Shown here: one piece after another, positions 60,536 to 64,000 of the stretch
Position numbering within the stretch: the first letter of the stretch is position 1
Layout of the letters: each line of letters begins with the position of its first letter
NCBI GenBank assembly: GCA_965644295.1
Contig: CBFFRP010000241.1
Coordinates: 1 to 64,000 of the forward strand
DNA length: 64,000 nt
Direction: 5' to 3'
DNA from: Paraphysomonas bandaiensis
Taxonomy: Eukaryota; Protista; Chrysophyceae
Position numbers and translations under genes: made by a program
Notes under the pieces: model-generated
The model's database searches: none
Seen by the model: the letters and a program-made list of their open reading frames with translations, nothing else
Told to the model about the DNA's origin: nothing

Positions 60536-61701
60536 CAGGGCCTGGTAACCATTAATGGCTCATTAATGGTAGTCCAGTTCCCCGCAATTATAATGGCATT
60601 AATGAAAAATGTCCTGGCAATTATAATGGCCATTAATACCTACTAACTTAAAGTAGATAGCACCACTCATATAATAGATAGTGTTGTGCTCCCTTAATTA
60701 CATTTTTTTAGTAAATAGCAGACTACAAATTTGAACTACTTCTCGCTCACTACTGGCACATCAGGATCTTCTTCCAGGGCTTCATGGAGGGTATAAACAT
60801 CCCACAACATGTAATTGGCTCGTAGGAATAGCAAAGATTCTAGACGATATGGATAGATTCATGTTTCTACGCTCAGGTGTCATAATCACCTTTGCACGAC
60901 TAAACAGCCTCTCAACATCATTAGATTGTGCTTCAATATGAAGCAAGCAGTGGTAGTTGGAGTCATAGGTACCAAGACGAGCTCTCTTAGTGACCTCGGC
61001 GCTCCTTGTTGATACACCTTACTTACATTTTTTTAGTAAATAGCAGACTACAAATTTGAACTACTTCTCGCTCACTACTGGCACATCAGGATCTTCTTCC
61101 AGGGCTTCATGGAGGGTATAAACATCCCACAACATGTAATTGGCTCGTAGGAATAGCAAAGATTCTAGACGATATGGATAGATTCATGTTTCTACGCTCA
61201 GGTGTCATAATCAACTTTGCACGACTAAACAGCCTCTCAACATCATTAGATTGTGCTTCAATATGAAGCAAGCAGTGATAGTTGGAGTCATAGGTACCAA
61301 GACGAGCTCTCTTAGTGACCTCGGCGCTCCTTGTTGATATACCTGACATCGGCTAACTTAAGGATTTTTGAGTCCTTAAGGTGAACAACCCCGATACTTG
61401 ACTTCAGCAGGAAGGCCAAATACCCCTGATGCTCTTGAGATGGGCCAAGTCCCGGATGCCAATTTAGACAGTTTAGATTAACTGAAATAATATATATAGG
61501 CTGTATAATAAGAACGTGCTCTTATCCAATGTGTGGAAAGAAGGATCATACCCAGAAGAATTGCTGGAGAAAGAAGAAAAATCAAAAAATTTCTAAACTA
61601 AGTGACAAGGAAAGAATCTAGAGTCGAGAATAGCGTCTCAACTTTATAATTGCCGGGAGTTCGACTACCATTAATGGGCCATTAACGGTAGCCATGCCCT
61701 G
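60536..61701 (-). mobile_element. Defective hAT transposon with tandemly duplicated transposase C-terminal fragment
   Basis: ~58-bp imperfect TIRs starting CAGGGC; LLHIEAQSNDVERLFSRAKLIMTPERRNM / PYRLESLLFLRAN..LW (hAT dimerisation region) in two 325-bp tandem copies; no TSD. Confidence 0.8.
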
Positions 61702-61974
61702 GAGTAAAGAGGACAGTGTGAGTACTGCATCCAATTAACCTAGAGACTAAAGAGACAAATAATAACAATGAAAGATACTGTAACTACGCGTTCGCACTAC
61801 TAAAATCTACTTTAATCCACTACCTAAATGGGATCAGACAAAAAAGTTAGGGGAATCATTTATTGCATTATTTCTTTTCCGCACGACACATGTCTGCTAT
61901 AACAATTTATTTTACCCAATAACAGTTATTAGCTACTGGCTCAACAGTTAAACCATGCATTATTTTGGGCCTCT

Positions 61975-63999
61975 TTAAATCTGCGGGGCATTTCCAAGCA
62001 TAGATTTCAGAGCCTCGTCTTCGGACCGAACAAGCTCCTGAAGCTCCTCAAGGGAGAGCGCCTTGCCCGCCTGTGTAGCACCGGCAGGTCTGGCTGACGC
62101 TGATGCGGAAGAGTCGTCTTCAATAGTAGAGACAGAAGCAGAAGTGGTAGAGGCAGAAGGTTCCTCAACATCTACAGGAGTACTGGTGAATTTGGGAGCT
62201 GCTGCAGGAGATCTTGTCGCACGAGTGAACACAACAAATCCAACGACAGCAACGGCGGCTACAAGAGCAGCGTATCCAGCGAAGGCAACATAGGAAACAT
62301 AATCAACCGACTCCTTAGAAGTTGATTCATAGTCTGTTGCAGAAGTGTCAGCGAAGTTAGTAACCATATCAGGCTTATCCATGGTAACCATATTGACTTC
62401 CTTGGATCCAGAAATTTTCAAACCTACAAAGGAGACCGATGTCACACTGTGAAGTCCAGAATTAGTTTCCTCGCTCTGAAGAGATCCCAAAACTGCGGTA
62501 ATCTTCTCCTGAAAGGTAGAGGTTATCTGAGCTTCGAATGCTTCCAATTGTTCAGCATCGGCGAAGTCAATACCAGTCGCCTTAGAACTAACACCCACAG
62601 AGAGAGTAACCCAAGTACCACTACCCTGGGTTACTGCCTTTGTAACCTTAACATTTTCAGCAGACACGAAAGAAATAGCATCAGCTATGGCCTGGGCAAA
62701 GTGGCCTTCCTCAACATTTCCGAAAGATGAAGATAACCCGATAATGTGCAAGTCTACTGAAAAGTATTCAACGATGTCAACAACATTAGCACAGTAGCCA
62801 TCAGCGTTCGTAGTCGAAAGGATCTCGCAGTTTCCATTCTCAACTCGGAAGATCATTTGGGAAGCAGCTGCGATAGAGTTGACAGCCTTGCAATAGGTGA
62901 AGGTGTGAGTATCAGAGTAAGGGGAGAGAGCGCCACCAACACGGAGAATATAATCACCATCAGGATAATCTTCCCAGCACTGCTTGCCAGTGAGCTCTCC
63001 TGGACACAGAGTACCAACTGATAGCAGTCGGTGTGCTTTGGAATCGGAGATATAGTAGCTGGTTCCCTTGTGCTGAGTGTCAAACCACACCTCGCCACTG
63101 GTCTCTAAGGTCAACCACTGCCATGTGAGATCAACATCAGTATCCAAAGTAGGTGCAGGAGAGATGGTCGGGGCCACGGTAGAGTCCTTGCCTTTAAGGG
63201 CACGAGTGGCAGTTGGTCTGCTCGGACAAGTTTTACAAGTGATGTTAGAGGGAAGAGTGTGCGCAACTTTGCGGTGAGTAAATTCGGCATTCTCAACGTC
63301 CCAATGAAAGTCAATCTCAGTGTCCCAGTTGCCAGTGTACCAGACACCAGTCTTCTCCTCATACACACGCCATACGATTTCCCAGAAAAACTTGGCCTTA
63401 ACAGCATCAGGAACAGAAAACTTGTAGAGACCACCATCACTCCTATCAGTAGGACAGTAGCGGAACTGAGTAGGATTATAATAATCGCATCGAACGCCAA
63501 AGTAGTCTTTTTCACCTCCAGGCACATCGACAGTAAGCTGCGCAGTATCCCAGCCGTCACCAAAGTGGTCCTCAATTGAAACAATTAGACAGTCCCACGA
63601 AGAGGCCTCGGTATAGAATTTATAGGCATCATCAGTGGATGTTAGTATGGTAGCACCATTGAGGTCAACACCATAAAGCTCGGTACCATCGACGGAAATC
63701 GTCTGCTGCAAAGACCACTTGCCGTAGACTTGTTCCCTCTCAAACACAAACAACTCAATATCAGCATTTCCAACAACCATTCTGTCACCCTCAAGAGACA
63801 AGTAGTTGCCGAAGTTATCATCTGCTGTCGGAGTCGGGGCCCAGAGAACTTGCTGAACAGACCACTGGACAGGAACAGGTTTGCCTTTAGGTTTCAAATT
63901 AAACCTAGCGGTATTGGGGTAAAATACAGACACGGATCCCGCTGCGGTAGCAGAGTTGTCATAATCAGCATCAGCTGCACCAATAACAATGGTCTCGTC
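61975..63999 (-). CDS. FG-GAP/integrin-alpha-like repeat type I membrane protein (5' part outside window)
   Basis: DETIVIGAAD..AGSVSVF and DNFGNYLSLEGDRMVVG repeats; Cys-containing extracellular modules (DHFGDGW); TM segment YVAFAGYAALVAAVAVVGFVVF; short cytoplasmic tail. Confidence 0.75.
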   Translation of the reverse strand, partial: DETIVIGAADADYDNSATAAGSVSVFYPNTARFNLKPKGKPVPVQWSVQQVLWAPTPTADDNFGNYLSLEGDRMVVGNADIELFVFEREQVYGKWSLQQTISVDGTELYGVDLNGATILTSTDDAYKFYTEASSWDCLIVSIEDHFGDGWDTAQLTVDVPGGEKDYFGVRCDYYNPTQFRYCPTDRSDGGLYKFSVPDAVKAKFFWEIVWRVYEEKTGVWYTGNWDTEIDFHWDVENAEFTHRKVAHTLPSNITCKTCPSRPTATRALKGKDSTVAPTISPAPTLDTDVDLTWQWLTLETSGEVWFDTQHKGTSYYISDSKAHRLLSVGTLCPGELTGKQCWEDYPDGDYILRVGGALSPYSDTHTFTYCKAVNSIAAASQMIFRVENGNCEILSTTNADGYCANVVDIVEYFSVDLHIIGLSSSFGNVEEGHFAQAIADAISFVSAENVKVTKAVTQGSGTWVTLSVGVSSKATGIDFADAEQLEAFEAQITSTFQEKITAVLGSLQSEETNSGLHSVTSVSFVGLKISGSKEVNMVTMDKPDMVTNFADTSATDYESTSKESVDYVSYVAFAGYAALVAAVAVVGFVVFTRATRSPAAAPKFTSTPVDVEEPSASTTSASVSTIEDDSSASASARPAGATQAGKALSLEELQELVRSEDEALKSMLGNAPQI

Positions 64000-64000
64000 G

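Overview
Eukaryotic (protist, most likely stramenopile/ochrophyte by inference) genomic DNA with compact genes and short GT-AG introns (often 40-60 bp). Positions 1 to ~7006 are the right-hand part of an AT-rich, intronless endogenous Polinton-like dsDNA virus. It carries an SF3/D5-type helicase, double-jelly-roll major capsid, basic core-like protein, penton and small ORFs, all on the minus strand. Its genes share an upstream promoter-like motif and it ends in a Polinton-type (CT)4 terminus preceded by a GAA mini-hairpin. The host part encodes an MRG-like protein, a STI1-domain protein, TRM10, a soluble adenylyl cyclase (sAC/ADCY10-like), an RRM protein, a SCY1-like pseudokinase, a very large RelA/SpoT-like + TPR protein, a WD40 protein with near-identical repeats that vary almost only at ligand-facing positions (plus a reshuffled pseudogene copy in a local duplication), a type III polyketide synthase, an inositol polyphosphate 5-phosphatase and an FG-GAP membrane protein. 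It also holds several transposon remnants (hAT, Copia-like, a TG..CA/4-bp-TSD foldback MITE, a long-TIR element) and a repeat family found in divergent promoter regions. All family calls come from motif recognition by eye; no database searches were run.
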